Positions 27,760-39,811 are shown, counted from the first letter of the stretch. The stretch: DNA of 45,475 nucleotides from Candidatus Woesebacteria bacterium (GCA_963749595.1 CAVVNJ010000010.1:131223-176697), one strand, 5' to 3'. Translations and numbers: made by a program. The notes: generated from the letters alone by a model not told the origin.

Positions 27760-28774
27760 AGGCTCCCGCTAAGCCCTTCCAGAACAAGCTTGCCAAGATA
27801 GTGCTCATCAAGCGCCCGATGCGCTTCGTCGGCTTGGTCAAGCGGAAAACTCCGCGCGACATGGACCTCGAACGGCCCAGTCGTCGGCGGCCCCGAAGAT
27901 TCGATAAGGTGGTGATTGAGTTTCTCGATCGCCTGCGGGTCGGGCATTCCATCGTAGGACTTGGCATCAATTCCAAATGGCGGCTTCGGCATCGGTTCGA
28001 CGCCGTTGGGATACGCAACGCGCCCTCCCGCGCGTATCGCGGTGAGGGCCTTGTCGGCCACGGGTCCGCCGGCGGTGATCAGCGCCGCATCAAGTCCGTT
28101 GGGCGCGAACTGGCGGGCGGCGGCTACGATGTCGTCCTTGTGTCCGTCGACGACCGCGTCGGCACCCAGCCTCTTGACCAGCGCCACGCCGTCGCTGCCC
28201 GAAGCGACCGCGAACACACGGGCGCCCATGCGTTTGGCGAGCTGCACGGCGAGGTGGCCGATGCCGCCGCTGGCACCCGAAGATCATCGACCGACTCACC
28301 GGGCTTGAGAGCCAGCGTGTCATCCAAGCCGCGAAGCGCGGTCATCGCGTCCACGGGCATCGCGCCCGCCTGCTGGGTCGTCAGCTTGCCGGGAATGCGC
28401 GAGACGTCGTCGGCTTTGACCGCGGCGTACTCGGCGTAGAAACCGCCCTTGGGATTCACCAAGCTGAAAGCGTAGACGCGGTCGCCTGGCTTGAGCCCTT
28501 TGACACGATCGCCCACGGCCGCGACGGTGCCCGCGCCATCGGAGCCAAGCACATAGGGGAACTTCGGCTCGATGCCGAACACCTTGGCGAACCCGCCCTC
28601 TCGCTCGAACGGGTCCCATTGGCCCACGCCGGCCCACTCGACATGGATCAGCACCTCATCGGGGCCGACCTCGGGCACTGGGAGCATTTGCAGTTTCCTC
28701 GTCTCAAGACCGCCGAAACGATCGAGCGCGATCGCCTTCATTGTGTTCTGCGTTGCCTGTCTCATGGTGGACAA
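27760..28774 (-). CDS. NADP-dependent (quinone) oxidoreductase, MDR family (frameshift near 28280; 3' end approximate)
   Basis: 'MKAIALDRFGGLE', 'LGSDGAGTVAAVG', 'GFYAEY', 'QLAKRMGARV', 'FPLDQADEAHRALDEHYLGKLVL'. Confidence 0.85.
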
Positions 28775-28783
28775 TACTCCGTT

Positions 28784-29240
28784 CTACTTTTTAAGCTCAA
28801 CCGTTACTGTTACAGAGCCGGGCACATCAAAAGCTTCCATGCTGGAATCGACTTTACCAATGACGATAAGGCCGGGGATCGGGAATCTCCTGGCCGTCGT
28901 GGCGGTAGAAAGATGACCACGTCAGGGCCGGGAGCCCAGGAGGCGACGTGCCCAAGGTCGGACGTGTGTGCGTTTCCTTTCGTTCGCGATCGGTCGTGGC
29001 AGGTGCCCAAACTTCTCCCGGCGGAAGAGATCGTTCATCGTCAGTGTCAGCGGCAACAGGGAAACGAAATCCTGGGTGGTCTTGCTATCGATGAAAGTAG
29101 CCGTTAGCCCTGTCTTCGACTTTCAGTCTTATCTTCATACTGTCTGTGCGCTTGGTCGTGGCGTTCTTGGCGCCGCGAGCGGCGTGACTAAGGGCCATCG
29201 CCAACGCGAGCGCCGAAAGAATACGTCTCAACGTGTCTCT
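28784..29240 (-). CDS. Cyclophilin-like fold protein (frameshifted; start approximate)
   Basis: Pieces read 'MKIRLKVED', 'SKTTQDFVSLLPLTLTMNDLFRREKFGHLPR', 'SWAPGPDVVIFY', 'GLIVIGKVDS', 'GSVTVTVELKK*'. Confidence 0.75.
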
Positions 29241-29249
29241 CCCTGCTAT

Positions 29250-29634
29250 AACGCTATTGCTCCCCCGCGGCGTGACCTTGACTGTCGCGGAGCGGGCGCG
29301 TTTGCTGATCATCGGGGCGAGATACGGACTGCCGCGGTAATTCGCCTCGTAGGCGTCGTCGACAAGGTCCTTAATCGGCCCGTCGACCGGCTCGAAGCTG
29401 ACCTCCTTCGTGGTGCCGGCGACAGTTATCCGCCCCGCCTTCTGCCGCACCGCAGCCTGGTACCAACCAGAGTCCTGTCCGTAGCAGGCGCGCACGTAGA
29501 GCTCTTCACCGACCGCGACAGACCAATCCACGTCGGGGAGTACCGTAGGTCACACCGTCCTCGCGAAACTGTGAAATGTGCAGGTCATCAGTCCCAGCGA
29601 TCTTGCGCAGTTCATCTTTCGACCATGTGGTCAT
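29250..29634 (-). CDS. DUF2255 family protein (frameshifted; 3' end approximate)
   Basis: 'MTTWSKDELRKIAGTDDLHIS.FREDGVTYGTP', 'WSVAVGEELYVRA..GQDSGWYQAA...SPYL.PMIS.RARSATVKVTPR'. Confidence 0.8.
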
Positions 29635-29675
29635 TTGTGAGTCCTTCTTGCTTTACGGGCGTGGCGGTGTCCTTA

Positions 29676-29980
29676 AGAGACTGTTGAAAAACCCACGCAT
29701 GTCACGCGCGAGCTCTTTGGGGCAGATATCGGTGGAGGGACGAAGGAGCATCCCCATGAGGGGCTGTGACTGAGGAGCGACGCCGAGAGATGCCCCAAAG
29801 AGTTCGCGCCCTCCGGGTTGCGCCAATTTTCGGCCCTCGCGGTGTCGCCAAGCTTGTCCGTAGCGCTACGGCTTGCGGGGAGATGGGGACCCCGCAACCC
29901 CATCAAGCCTGCGCTTGGCTCCTTGCGATCTTCCGAAAATTGACGGCAACGTGGCATACGTGAGTTTTTCAACAGTCTCC
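29676..29980. mobile_element. MITE (non-autonomous) with IS1182-like ends
   Basis: 30-bp TIRs at 29677-29706 and 29950-29979 (27/30), TA on both flanks, nested internal inverted repeats, no credible ORF. Confidence 0.8.
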
Positions 29981-29989
29981 TAGGCTGAG

Positions 29990-30499
29990 TTACTGGCGGT
30001 ACTGGTCGTCGCTGACCTTTTCCATCCAATCGACGACCTTGCCGTCGAAGGCTTCCTGAATGGCGATATGGGTCATCGCGGTGGTCGGCGTGGCGCCGTG
30101 CCAATGCTTCTCTCGGGGTGGGATCCAGACCACATCCCCGGGATGAATCTCCTCAAGCGGACCGCCCTCGTGCTGCACCCAACCGCAACCGGTCGTGACA
30201 ATGAGAGTCTGACCGAGCGGATGCGTATGCCAGGCCGTGCGAGCACCAGGCTCGAAGGTGACGCTGGCGCCGGCGACGCGGGCCGGAGCGTTGGCTTGAA
30301 ACAAGGGATCGATGCGGACCGTGCCGGTAAACCAATCGGCCGGTCCTTTGCTGGACGGTTGTGAACCAACTCTTTTAATTTCCATACTGAGTTTTTGCTG
30401 TTGAGGTGAGGAGGCACCTGCTTGCGCCCGAATAGTCGCCGGGAAGGCGAACCCGGTGGCGTTGGTGATTTTAAGAAAGGTGCGCCGGGAGAGCGGCAT
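29990..30499 (-). CDS. Cupin domain protein (Tat-like leader, or alternative start at 30385)
   Basis: '[16 protein letters not shown]...[20 protein letters not shown]...KHWHGA...MTHIAIQE'; upstream 'SRRTFLK'. Confidence 0.9.
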   Translation of the reverse strand: MPLSRRTFLKITNATGFAFPATIRAQAGASSPQQQKLSMEIKRVGSQPSSKGPADWFTGTVRIDPLFQANAPARVAGASVTFEPGARTAWHTHPLGQTLIVTTGCGWVQHEGGPLEEIHPGDVVWIPPREKHWHGATPTTAMTHIAIQEAFDGKVVDWMEKVSDDQYRQ

Positions 30500-30879
30500 G
30501 GTGCGAATTGCGGAGTTCGGATTGCTTATCGATGAAACAACGATCTGCAATGAGTCTACTGCTACTCGAGAGTGGCCGCTCTCGCGATCGTGCGGCACCT
30601 GTCGTATTCTTGCGGAAAAGCGCTGTGTTCCATTTCCGCTTTGACGGCTGGCGGAGTTGCACGGGAGTGGCGCCTGATTTCGGCTCCTGCTTGCGATGTC
30701 GGGTGACGGCGCATTGAGTCGTGAAGTGATCGTGCTGCCGCTGATAAACCAACGGTCCGCCGATGGTAAAGAACCGAAACACGGTAGCCCGTCGCAGGAT
30801 GCCTCAGCCTTCCGGGTGCAGGCTTTCGCAGCACACGCCGGCTGAATGTCGTCGCTCCATGTGCATCTCCATGCCATCC

Positions 30880-31085
30880 CGAGAAGAGCGAGCGAGGATT
30901 GGGATGGCAATGGCCGCCGCGGCAGAGCACCGCGAGCGTGCTGACCAGGAATGCCCCGCTCAGGCCCGGCACGGTTGCGACCAGACCAAGTGCTGGCGAG
31001 GCCCGGCGACAGATCAAGAAAGGCGGTATAGGCTCCCATGGCGAGGCCGCGGCTCTGCGGCGGAGCGTGGCGGACGGTCGACGCT
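30880..31085 (-). pseudogene. C-terminal fragment of MFS transporter (YhhS/YfcJ-like)
   Basis: '[22 protein letters not shown]', then '[24 protein letters not shown]' in a shifted frame. Confidence 0.7.
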
Positions 31086-31319
31086 CTCGCAAGGAACATG
31101 CGATTACTGACTGCGGGATCCTACCAGAGTGCCCAGCCTCAAAAGAGGGTGTCTCGATCGTTCCGATAAGCGGCGAGGCCTTCCGTGCCGCTTGTCGTTG
31201 AGCGCAGAGAAAGCAGAAATCCTCGCCCCGACGGCGTGAGCACCGCAAGAAGCCGGGGCGAGCGACTCGGCCAATTGGGCAAAGGTTAGTCGCGGCCGCT
31301 CCGCACCCTCCAGATCCGG

Positions 31320-31736
31320 CTAGACCACGTTAATTGCGACCTCGATGTTGCCGCGAGTGGCGTTGGAATAGGGGCATAACTGCTCCGCCGTGTCCACCAA
31401 GGACTGGGCAACGTCGCGCTCCACCCCCGGCAGGCTGACGTTGAGACGGGCCGCGAGGGCGTACGCCCCGTGAGCTGTGCCCAGATCCACTTCGGCGTCA
31501 ATCGCCACGTCAGCGAGAGCGACCTTCTTCTTGGCGGCGGCGATCTTAATCGCACTGAGGAAACAGGTCGACCAACCCGCGGCAAAGAGCTGTTCGGGAT
31601 TGGTGCCAGTGCCCGCGGTGCCGGGAGGCGATACCTTAATGTCAAGCCGCCCATCGTCGGTGCGCGAGGCCCCGCCCTCCCGGCCACCTGTGGTGTGAGC
31701 TTTGGCGGTGTACAACACTTTTTCGAGTTTCGTCAT
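31320..31736 (-). CDS. ohr: Organic hydroperoxide resistance protein (Ohr/OsmC)
   Basis: 'LYTAKAHTTGGR', 'GTNPEQLFAAGWSTCF', 'CPYSNATRGNI'. Confidence 0.93.
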   Translation of the reverse strand: MTKLEKVLYTAKAHTTGGREGGASRTDDGRLDIKVSPPGTAGTGTNPEQLFAAGWSTCFLSAIKIAAAKKKVALADVAIDAEVDLGTAHGAYALAARLNVSLPGVERDVAQSLVDTAEQLCPYSNATRGNIEVAINVV

Positions 31737-31872
31737 GGTAGGATCCTCTATTTGTTCGGTTGAGTTTGTGTTTTCTTTTCTAAAGAACTATCCATTGCCG
31801 TAGTTCACGGAAGCAAATCCATATCGAAACGTGGAGGTGCATCGAAGGATGATTCGTTGATGTGCAGGGCCT

Positions 31873-32802
31873 CTACTTCCGCCCCTGCCTGGCCATGAAG
31901 TCCTGTACGAGACGGATGATCTCCTCCGCTTTCAAATCCAGCGCGAAGTGCCCGGCATCCAGGATGTGGACCTCAGCTCGAGGATCATCCTTCTTATATG
32001 CTTCCGCCCCGGCTACCGTGAAGGAAGGATCGTAGCGCCCCCATAGAACCAGGAGCGGCGGCTGGGTATCGCGAAGCCATTGCTGCCATTTTGGGTACGA
32101 CTTGAGGTTATTCTGGTAGTCGTAAAAGAGATCCGCCTGAATATCCGCCTGTCCCGGCTGGTTGAGAAAGTAGTACTCGTCCACCCACAAATCAGGGTTA
32201 TATAGAGCGGGATCTGGCGAGGTCCCGACGTGCCTTTTGCGGGTTGCTTCAAGGGACAAGAGGTTAGCTCGCAATTCGGCCTCGTGAGACGGACGGTCTT
32301 GCCAGAAGGCTCGCCGAACCGCCCAAAGAGGCGACAAGCCCTCTTCGTGCGAGACAGCATTTTGGATAATCATCGCCTGGACCCTTTCGGGATGCGCCAG
32401 GGCCATGCGAAAACCGACCGGTCCCCCGTAGTCCTGCATGAAGAGCGTGTAGCGATCGAGATGCAGTTGCTCTGTTAAGTCCTGCATGACCTTCGCCAGG
32501 TGATCGAAGGTGTAAGCGAAGGTTTTGGGATCCGGCCAGGACGAATGCCCAAAGCCGGGATAGTCCGGCGCGATCAAGTGATATTGAGTGGCCAACTCCG
32601 ACTCGAGCAGCGGCTGATACATCCGGGAAGAAGATGGCAGCCCGTGCAGAAGCAGAATCGTCGGTCCCTCTTTCGGTCCGGCCTCTCGATAGAAGATATC
32701 GAGATCACCGACGCGGACCGTGTGATAGGAAACTTCGCCGAGCACGTTGGTTACGTTCATGAGGAGGATAGCTCCGATGAGGATCTTCGAGGCTCGTTTC
32801 AT
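31873..32802 (-). CDS. Alpha/beta hydrolase (epoxide-hydrolase-like) with signal peptide
   Basis: 'LLHGLPSSS', 'APDYPGFG', 'QDYGG' nucleophile elbow, 'AGHFAL'. Confidence 0.92.
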   Translation of the reverse strand: MKRASKILIGAILLMNVTNVLGEVSYHTVRVGDLDIFYREAGPKEGPTILLLHGLPSSSRMYQPLLESELATQYHLIAPDYPGFGHSSWPDPKTFAYTFDHLAKVMQDLTEQLHLDRYTLFMQDYGGPVGFRMALAHPERVQAMIIQNAVSHEEGLSPLWAVRRAFWQDRPSHEAELRANLLSLEATRKRHVGTSPDPALYNPDLWVDEYYFLNQPGQADIQADLFYDYQNNLKSYPKWQQWLRDTQPPLLVLWGRYDPSFTVAGAEAYKKDDPRAEVHILDAGHFALDLKAEEIIRLVQDFMARQGRK

Positions 32803-32979
32803 GGATCGAACGCCTTGCTAGAATCGGACGGGATCTTCCTCAGGGCAAGAGGACTTCTTCCGGCGCAGCTGGGTTCGGTTTGTGTGCCCGGCTTGAGGCG
32901 ATTCTCGCGCAGTCCCGCGCCGGCTGCTGGCCGCATGCGGCTCGTTACCTTGCGGATCCGCCCGTCACCGAGCGGCGGC

Positions 32980-34251
32980 CTAGCGGAGAGGGTTGGGTAA
33001 CTGCTTCTCGGCAAACTTGATTCCCCGCGCGTTCAAGGCGTCGGCAGCCATCGGAGAGACCACGCCCGTGATCGCGACTAAATAGCCGCTCGGACGAGTG
33101 GTGAACTTTGCGGCCTTCAACGCCGTGATGAAACGCTCGACCATCGGGGTCCAGGCCACGTAGTCCCATTGAATGGGAACGACGACGGTCCCGTCATTGG
33201 TCTGGCAGACCGTGAGGTCGTTAAGATGAGTGATCCGAGCTATGGGAGCAGTGTTGTTCAGGTTGGCCATGATTTGCACGCTCTCCTGAAAGGCGAGAGC
33301 ATCGTGTTCATCCTGACTGTTGGCGGCCCGAAGGATGAACTCTCCCTGGCCGGGAATGTTTCCGAGCTGTGCAAGAGCGGCGACGGTCAGCGTCTGCGTC
33401 GTCGGTGAAATCGCGCTGTTATTCACGAAAGCATTCGCGGCTTCCGGGGCGATGCCCATGTTATTGGTCAGCAGGCCGAGATTCATTTGCTGCAATTGAC
33501 CCGGGCTCTTGTCGCGGAGGGAATCCTGCAAGGTCGCCGTCCAATTGAGTCCGTGGAGCGTGGCGCCGGCCGCGCCACCGATGGCGCCCATCCCAAGACC
33601 GACGGCAAACTTTCCGAGGAAGGCCGGCCAGGCCACTTTGTTCAGCTCATTCTGAAAGACCTGATTGTTGCAGTAGGGATCCACCCCAAGTCGAAGGGCG
33701 AGATCGCGTTTCGTTTTGGCAAAGCCGCTCAGGTTTTCTACGAGTTGACCCTGCCCAATGCCGGAGGTGTTCCCGTCCGCCACGTTCTTCACGGCCTGTC
33801 CCGCCTGATTAAGGAAGCCCAAAATACCTCGCGGCACGCTGGCGAGTGTGGGGAGAGGATTGGTCACCAAATCTTGCGCGACGTTGAGCGGAGTCGCGGC
33901 GGCCTGCGCGGCCGCCTGAGTGAACTCGGTCGTCTGCGAGATGGCCTGCAGCGCGGCGATGCCCTGGATCTCGGCGACCCGGCGCATGAGCATGGCGTTG
34001 CCATCCGCGGTGAAGACTCCGAAATCGGAATCGATCGTATATTGGTTCGAACCGGCATTAGTCGGCACAGGGTCGCGCACAGTAAAGTTTGGACCGGAGA
34101 GGTATTGCGGCTGCAGGATCGCGCTGGCGCTGAGCGTGGGGAGCGGCTCGAAAACCTCCGGCGTCGCTGATGCCGAGGGCGTCTGGGCGAATAGTTGGGC
34201 TGACCCCGCGAGAACACTGCAGGCAAGGAGAAAGATGGTGCTTGGCTTCAT
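32980..34251 (-). CDS. Secreted hypothetical protein
   Basis: Signal peptide, 423-aa intact ORF, 'KRDLALRLGVDPY' motif; no function recognised. Confidence 0.75.
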   Translation of the reverse strand: MKPSTIFLLACSVLAGSAQLFAQTPSASATPEVFEPLPTLSASAILQPQYLSGPNFTVRDPVPTNAGSNQYTIDSDFGVFTADGNAMLMRRVAEIQGIAALQAISQTTEFTQAAAQAAATPLNVAQDLVTNPLPTLASVPRGILGFLNQAGQAVKNVADGNTSGIGQGQLVENLSGFAKTKRDLALRLGVDPYCNNQVFQNELNKVAWPAFLGKFAVGLGMGAIGGAAGATLHGLNWTATLQDSLRDKSPGQLQQMNLGLLTNNMGIAPEAANAFVNNSAISPTTQTLTVAALAQLGNIPGQGEFILRAANSQDEHDALAFQESVQIMANLNNTAPIARITHLNDLTVCQTNDGTVVVPIQWDYVAWTPMVERFITALKAAKFTTRPSGYLVAITGVVSPMAADALNARGIKFAEKQLPNPLR

Positions 34252-34434
34252 GCGTGGAAGGAAAGTCTTTCAGACAAGATTGCAGGATGCAACGTCCACG
34301 GGAGCCAAGGTGAAGTGTCCCAAAGAGAGACGTTGGATCGCGCGATAGAAAGACGGACCGTTTTTGGGGACTACTCCGGCTGGTTCCGGTGTTCTGGCCG
34401 ACTCGCCGAGGGGCAGCCAGAAGAGACGAAGAAA

Positions 34435-35296
34435 TCAGAGCGCAAGCGCTTCTTCCAGTGCCTGGCGCATGACGGTGGCATCTGCGTCGATGCCCGTCCA
34501 GGTACTTGATGCCGATGACTCCCTGCGCGATGAGCATGGCGAGTCCGTCCATCACACGGCAACCGCGCGCTTCGGCGTCACGAATCCAGCGCGTCCGCGG
34601 CGGGTTGGGGATGCCATCGGCGATGACCATGTGCGGCTTTAGCGAATCGACATCGACGTCGAGCCGGGCGTCGACGTCGGGGTAGAGGCCGACGGAGGTG
34701 TTATTGATGACGATGTCGGCTTCTTTCGGCAGCCAGTATTGGCTCGGCCAGGCAAGTGCCTCAGCTTTTGTGGACGTCTTATCGTTCAAGAGCCGGGCCA
34801 GTTCCTCCGCGCGCGTTCGGTTACGGTTGACCACCAAGATCCGTGTGGCGCCCGCCAGAGCCATTTCCACCGCGACCGCCCGGGCCGCTCCGCCAGCCCC
34901 GAAGAGGACAACGGTCTTCCCAGCGGGATCGATGATGTTTCGCAACGCCACGACAAAGCCGCGCCCATCGGTGTTTTCGCCGACGTATCGGTCATCGCGG
35001 CGCACGACGGTGTTCACGGCGCCGATGATTTGCGCCGACTCGCCGAGGCCGTCGAGATGCGGGATCACCGCAATCTTGTTGGGGATCGACAAATTAAAGC
35101 CGACCCATCCCATTGCCTTCGCGCCGCGCACGGCGTCGCCGAGAAGTTCCGGCGGGACTTCGCAGTTGATGTAACGCCAGTTCAGCCCGTGATGCCGGTA
35201 AGCAGCTTCGACCATGGCGACGGTGGGATTTTCCGCGACTGGCTTCGCAAAGCAACCAGTCAGCTGGGCAAGAAAGTTGGGTGGTTCGTGCGTCAT
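34435..35296 (-). CDS. aroE: Shikimate dehydrogenase (frameshift near 34500)
   Basis: 'NLSIPNK', 'IGAVNT', 'ENTDGRG', 'GAGGAARA', 'DGLAMLIAQG'; the shifted frame finishes 'TGIDADATVMRQALEEALAL*'. Confidence 0.88.
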
Positions 35297-35372
35297 GAAA
35301 TTTTCTCGGGTTCCCGTGATCTCGAATTTGCCTGTGGAATCGGAGGCTGGCGCGACTCGACTGAAAGTGATC

Positions 35373-36981
35373 CTACTTCAGTGAGTCCACGGCGACCCTT
35401 TCGATGGCCAGTCCCTCGTGGTAGCGCTTCATGAAAGCCGCAAAGCCGGCCACGTCCGACGAATCCGGAGCCAAGGTCGTGCTCTGTCCTTCGGCGAAGA
35501 CTTTGTTGGCGAGGTAGGTTTCCAAGGGCTCGTTTTTGTCCCGACGAAGCAGATAGGCGGCGAGCAAGGCGATTCCCCAGGCGCCGCCCTCCCCGGCGGT
35601 TTCCATGACGGAAACCGGCACGTTCAGCGCCGCCGCCATGATTTTCTGGCCCACTTCCTCTGTCTTGAAGAAGCCACCGTGTCCGAGAACTGTGTCGATC
35701 TTCACCTGCTCCTCTTCAAAGAGGATGTCCATGCCGATCTTCAATGTCGCGACGGCCGAGAACAGGTGCACACGCATGAAGTTCGAAAGCGAGAAGCGGC
35801 TTTCTGATGTGCGCACGAACAGCGGACGCCCTTCTTCCAGATGCGTGATGGGCTCACCCGCCAGATAGTTGTAGGCAAGAAGCCCGCCGGCATCGGCATC
35901 GCCTGTCAGTCCCTTCTTGTATAAGAGCTCAAACAGCTTCGCTTGACTGATCTCCACCCCAAGTGCATCCACGAATTCCCGGAAGAGACCGATCCAGGCA
36001 TTGAGGTCGGAGGTGCAGGTGTTGCTGTGCGCCATCGCCACCGGTTTGCCGCTGGGTGTGGTCACCATATCGATCTCCGGATGTAATTTCGAGAGCTCCT
36101 TTTCCAAGACGATCATCGCGAAGACGGACGTTCCCGCGGACACGTTGCCCGTTCGCTCGGCGACGCTGTTGGTGGCCACCATGCCTGTGCCTGCGTCGCC
36201 CTCGGGGGGACAAAGCGGGATGCCCGGCTTAAGTTGTCCGGTAGGATCGAGGAGCTTGGCGCCTTCCTCGGTGAGCACGCCGGCGGCCTCTCCTGCCACG
36301 AGGACTTTTGGAAAAACGTCGAGGAGCTTCCAGGAGATGTTCTCCGCCTTGAGCCGCTCTTCGAACAACTGGACCCGGCCCGCATCGTAGTCATTGGTCT
36401 GGCTGTTGATTGGGAACATTCCGGAGGCGTCACCAATGCCCAACACCTTTTGCCCCGTCAGTTTCCAATGAACGTAACCTGACAGCGTGGTCTGATAACT
36501 GAGGTCCTTGACGTGCGGTTCCTTATTCAGGATCGCCTGATAGAGGTGGGCAATGCTCCAACGATGGGGAACGTTGAATTGGAACAATTCGGTGAGTGCT
36601 TCTGCGGCCTGCGCGGTGGTTGTGGTTCGCCATGTGCGAAACGGGACCAGGAGATTTCCGTTCTTATCGAAGGCCATATATCCGTGCATCATGGCGCTAA
36701 AGCCGAGGGAGCCGATGCTCCGCAAGGGGGTGTGCGTACTTGTCGGAAACCTCTTTGCTGAGGTTCCGATAGCTCTCCTGCAAGCCACTCCAGACATCTT
36801 CGAGACGGTACGTCCAGACGCCATTTTCGTACCGGTTTTCCCAATCATGACTCCCCGACGCGATCGGCGTATGGTCCTCGCCGATCAACACCGCTTTGAT
36901 CCGAGTCGAGCCGAGCTCAATGCCGAGGACGGCCTTTCCGCTATCGATTGTTTTGGTGATATCGTTTCGATTCATGTTCAT
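35373..36981 (-). CDS. FGGY-family sugar kinase (xylulo-/ribulokinase-like; frameshift near 36735)
   Basis: '[15 protein letters not shown]', 'GFSAMMHGY', '[13 protein letters not shown]', 'SAGTS', 'HGGFFKT', 'EGGAWG'. Confidence 0.9.
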
Positions 36982-37160
36982 CTCTCCGAAGACTTAAAGG
37001 CATCTCTGCAAAGAGGTATTGCGGGCGTTTCAAGTTGGTTTGTCAAGCTTCCCGCCGCAAAGAAGCCTTGGCGTTGCGGGGATTTGAGCGTGGAACCTCC
37101 GCTGATTTCCGAAGTTCCGATTCGTGCGCGCGATCACCGAGCGAACGGATGCACGCGCCG

Positions 37161-39430
37161 TCAGGCAGGCGGCTGGCTCGAGGCCTTTCCCGGGTCGAAT
37201 TCTGTAAAAACCTGGCCCAGCTTCTGAAATTCCCGCCGGGTCGCGTGAAGCAGGTGAGGCATCTTCACGATGCCGTCGTCCGAGGCGAGGAAAGCAGCGG
37301 CGAGAGCAACGTTCTTGATATTCCCACCGCTGAGTTTGAATTGGCGCGAGAGGAGATCGAGATCCACATCCTCAGCCAAAGATATCCCCTCTGGCCAGAT
37401 GCCGTCCCAGATGCGTCGCCGGTCAACCTCATCGGGGAACGGGAAGTGGATCGAGAATGCCAGGCGTCGAACGAAAGCCTCATCGAGGTTTTGGCGAAGA
37501 TTGGTGGCCAGAATGGCGACGCCTTCGTAATCCTCCATTTTCTGGAGCAGGTAGGAGATTTCGATGTTGGCGTAGCGATCGTGGGAATCGCGCACCTCAG
37601 AGCGCTTGCCAAAGAGCGCATCGGCCTCGTCGAAGAAGAGGATGATATTGCTGTTCTCGGCGCCCGTGAAGATGGCATCAAGATTCTTTTCGGTTTCGCC
37701 GATGTATTTGCTGACAACTTGCGAAAGATCGATCTTGTAGAGGTCAAGACCCAGCTCGTTGGCCAGAATCGCCGCCGCCATCGTCTTGCCCGTGCCGCTG
37801 GGGCCCGCGAAAAGGGCATTGACGCCTTTGCCGGTGGAGAGCTTGGCACCAAAGCCCCACTCGCCCAGGACGCGGTAGCTTTGCGCGACGCGTGGCACAT
37901 TTCGCCAAGTTGGGCGAGCGCGTCGGCGGGAAGGACAATGTCCTTCCAAGTATGGATTGGCCTGATTCTGCGCGCGAGCTTGTCGAGTTTGGGGTCGGAC
38001 TGCGCGCGGCACGCAGCCTGAAGCTCTTCGACGGTGAGGGGGCCAACCTCGGGCGAGCGCGAACGTGCGAGATTGCCAGCCGCGGACATGGCATCTTGAA
38101 TCTGGCCAGGCGTGAACCGGAACTTGCTGGCGAGCGCGCCGGCGCCCGCGTTCGCGGCGTGCACGTGACCGTCCATTAAGATGGCTTTTCCACAGGCGCT
38201 TCCTGATGCCTTCATCCGGTACCGGGATTTCGAAGTCCGAAGAAGGCGACGTCATTCAAAAGCCCGAGAGGTTTCCAGGTCCGACGGCCGAGAAGGAACA
38301 GAGTTAAAGCAAAGGTCTTGGCCACCTCGAGCAGCGACCTCAGCAGAGGCTGTTTGTCGTCGCCGAGGAGTGCGTCAAAATTCTGAATGCTCAGTGCGGC
38401 TGGTTGAAGCACCGCTTCGCGGCCCAACAACCAGAGCGCCTCCTCGAACGGCATCGGACCGGCGGTTAGCTTGTCGGCTTCCGTGACCAAAAGAGGCAAT
38501 TTGAGCTCCCGGCAAACGGCTTCCGCCAGCAAGTGCTTCCCGGACCCGTACGGTCCGCCGAAGTGGAAGACGATCGGTCCGCGCTGCGACTTCTCCCGTC
38601 CGCGATGCCACTCGATAAAGCTGCGGATACGGCTTTGAATGTGTTCGTCTACGGGCACTTCTCCGAGGTCAACCAACTCGGAGGCGAGTCGTGCAAACGG
38701 CTCAAGCCGGGCATCCATTTCGTTGAGGCCGAGAAGGAAATTCACGGTCCGGTCATCCAGTTTGAGGAATCGCGAAATCAAGGGCGAGGGGCCGTCCGGC
38801 GAGGCATCCGTCATCTGCAACAGGCGATACTTGAGGAGCGGGGACCTGGGGTCAAAGGCCAGCCGGGCCGCCAGTTTCTCGGGCATGGTCGGACAGAGGA
38901 GGTTCAGCACGAGGTCAACACTCGCTTTCTTGCGAGTCACGTCGTCCTGTAAGTAGGCGTAAAGCTTTTCGTATTTGCGGTTCAATTCCGGGGCCAGACA
39001 AATGAGAAGGCATTGTTCTTCAAACGGGGTCAGGTGGAAGAGCCGGGCAAGGTAGGGCAACGGCAGATAGATCCCGGCTTCCAAGCTCGCCGTTCGCCGC
39101 GCCTCAATGTGGGCGGAGACCTCGATAAGCGCCGCTTGAAGGTGGAGAGTCGACGGATTTTCAGCGTCTTGACCGGCGTCGGCGGACGAGTCGAGCGGGT
39201 CGCCTAACAATCGGCGGATCTCCTCTTCCGTCAGCACCAGACCCTTGAATTGTTGCAGAGGAGTCGATGATGTCCCGGGCTCTTGCTCAGGCATCCGACA
39301 GCCAATCAGCAAATCCAAGCGCCGGAGCTCATCGGAGAGATGCTCCCAGGCCGTTGCGTAAGGCTCCGGGCTGGCGACTGTTGCTGGCTCTGCGTCTTTG
39401 GAATCAGCTGTCCCCGTCGGCTCCGCTCAC
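37161..39430 (-). CDS. eCIS-associated AAA+ ATPase (Afp15/Pvc15-like) with N-terminal winged-helix; several frameshifts
   Basis: 'PYATAWEHLSDELRRLDLLI', 'LAPELNRKYEKLYAYLQDDVTRK', Walker A GPSGTGKT, 'VSKYIGETEKNL', 'FDEADALFGKRSEVRDSHDRYAN'; split across three ORFs. Confidence 0.88.
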
Positions 39431-39811
39431 TTTCTCCCCTGTCCTTTCACCCGCCTTATGAGAAGTCGCTTTTCGAGCGTCACGCGCACGCAAACGCCGA
39501 GACGCTTTCATTGCCGCTAACTTGCTGGAAGGGACCAAAAGGAGTCAAGCTTCGAACGTGTTTCCTGATAGAGCGGCGCTACGGTTCACGGTCGGGAGCA
39601 ACTGAACTGTCCGCTCAAAGCGCAATCCAAGGCTGGCCTGGTTGAGGGCGTGTATCCCAATGGCATCTCGTCAGGACATTTGCTAGAATTGGATGGCGCT
39701 GGATTTCGCAACTCCTCCATTCTTACCTTGACGCTGCCGGCAACTCTCGACGATAAACTTTAGGTTCGCGCGCTTCCGCAAAGGAAGGAGGGCCGCATGC
39801 TCGAGTGAAAG

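Noticed and set aside
30500-31099. 369-aa MFS-cupin fusion ORF
   Set aside because: Chance open frame joining an MFS remnant to the cupin through non-coding-looking sequence.
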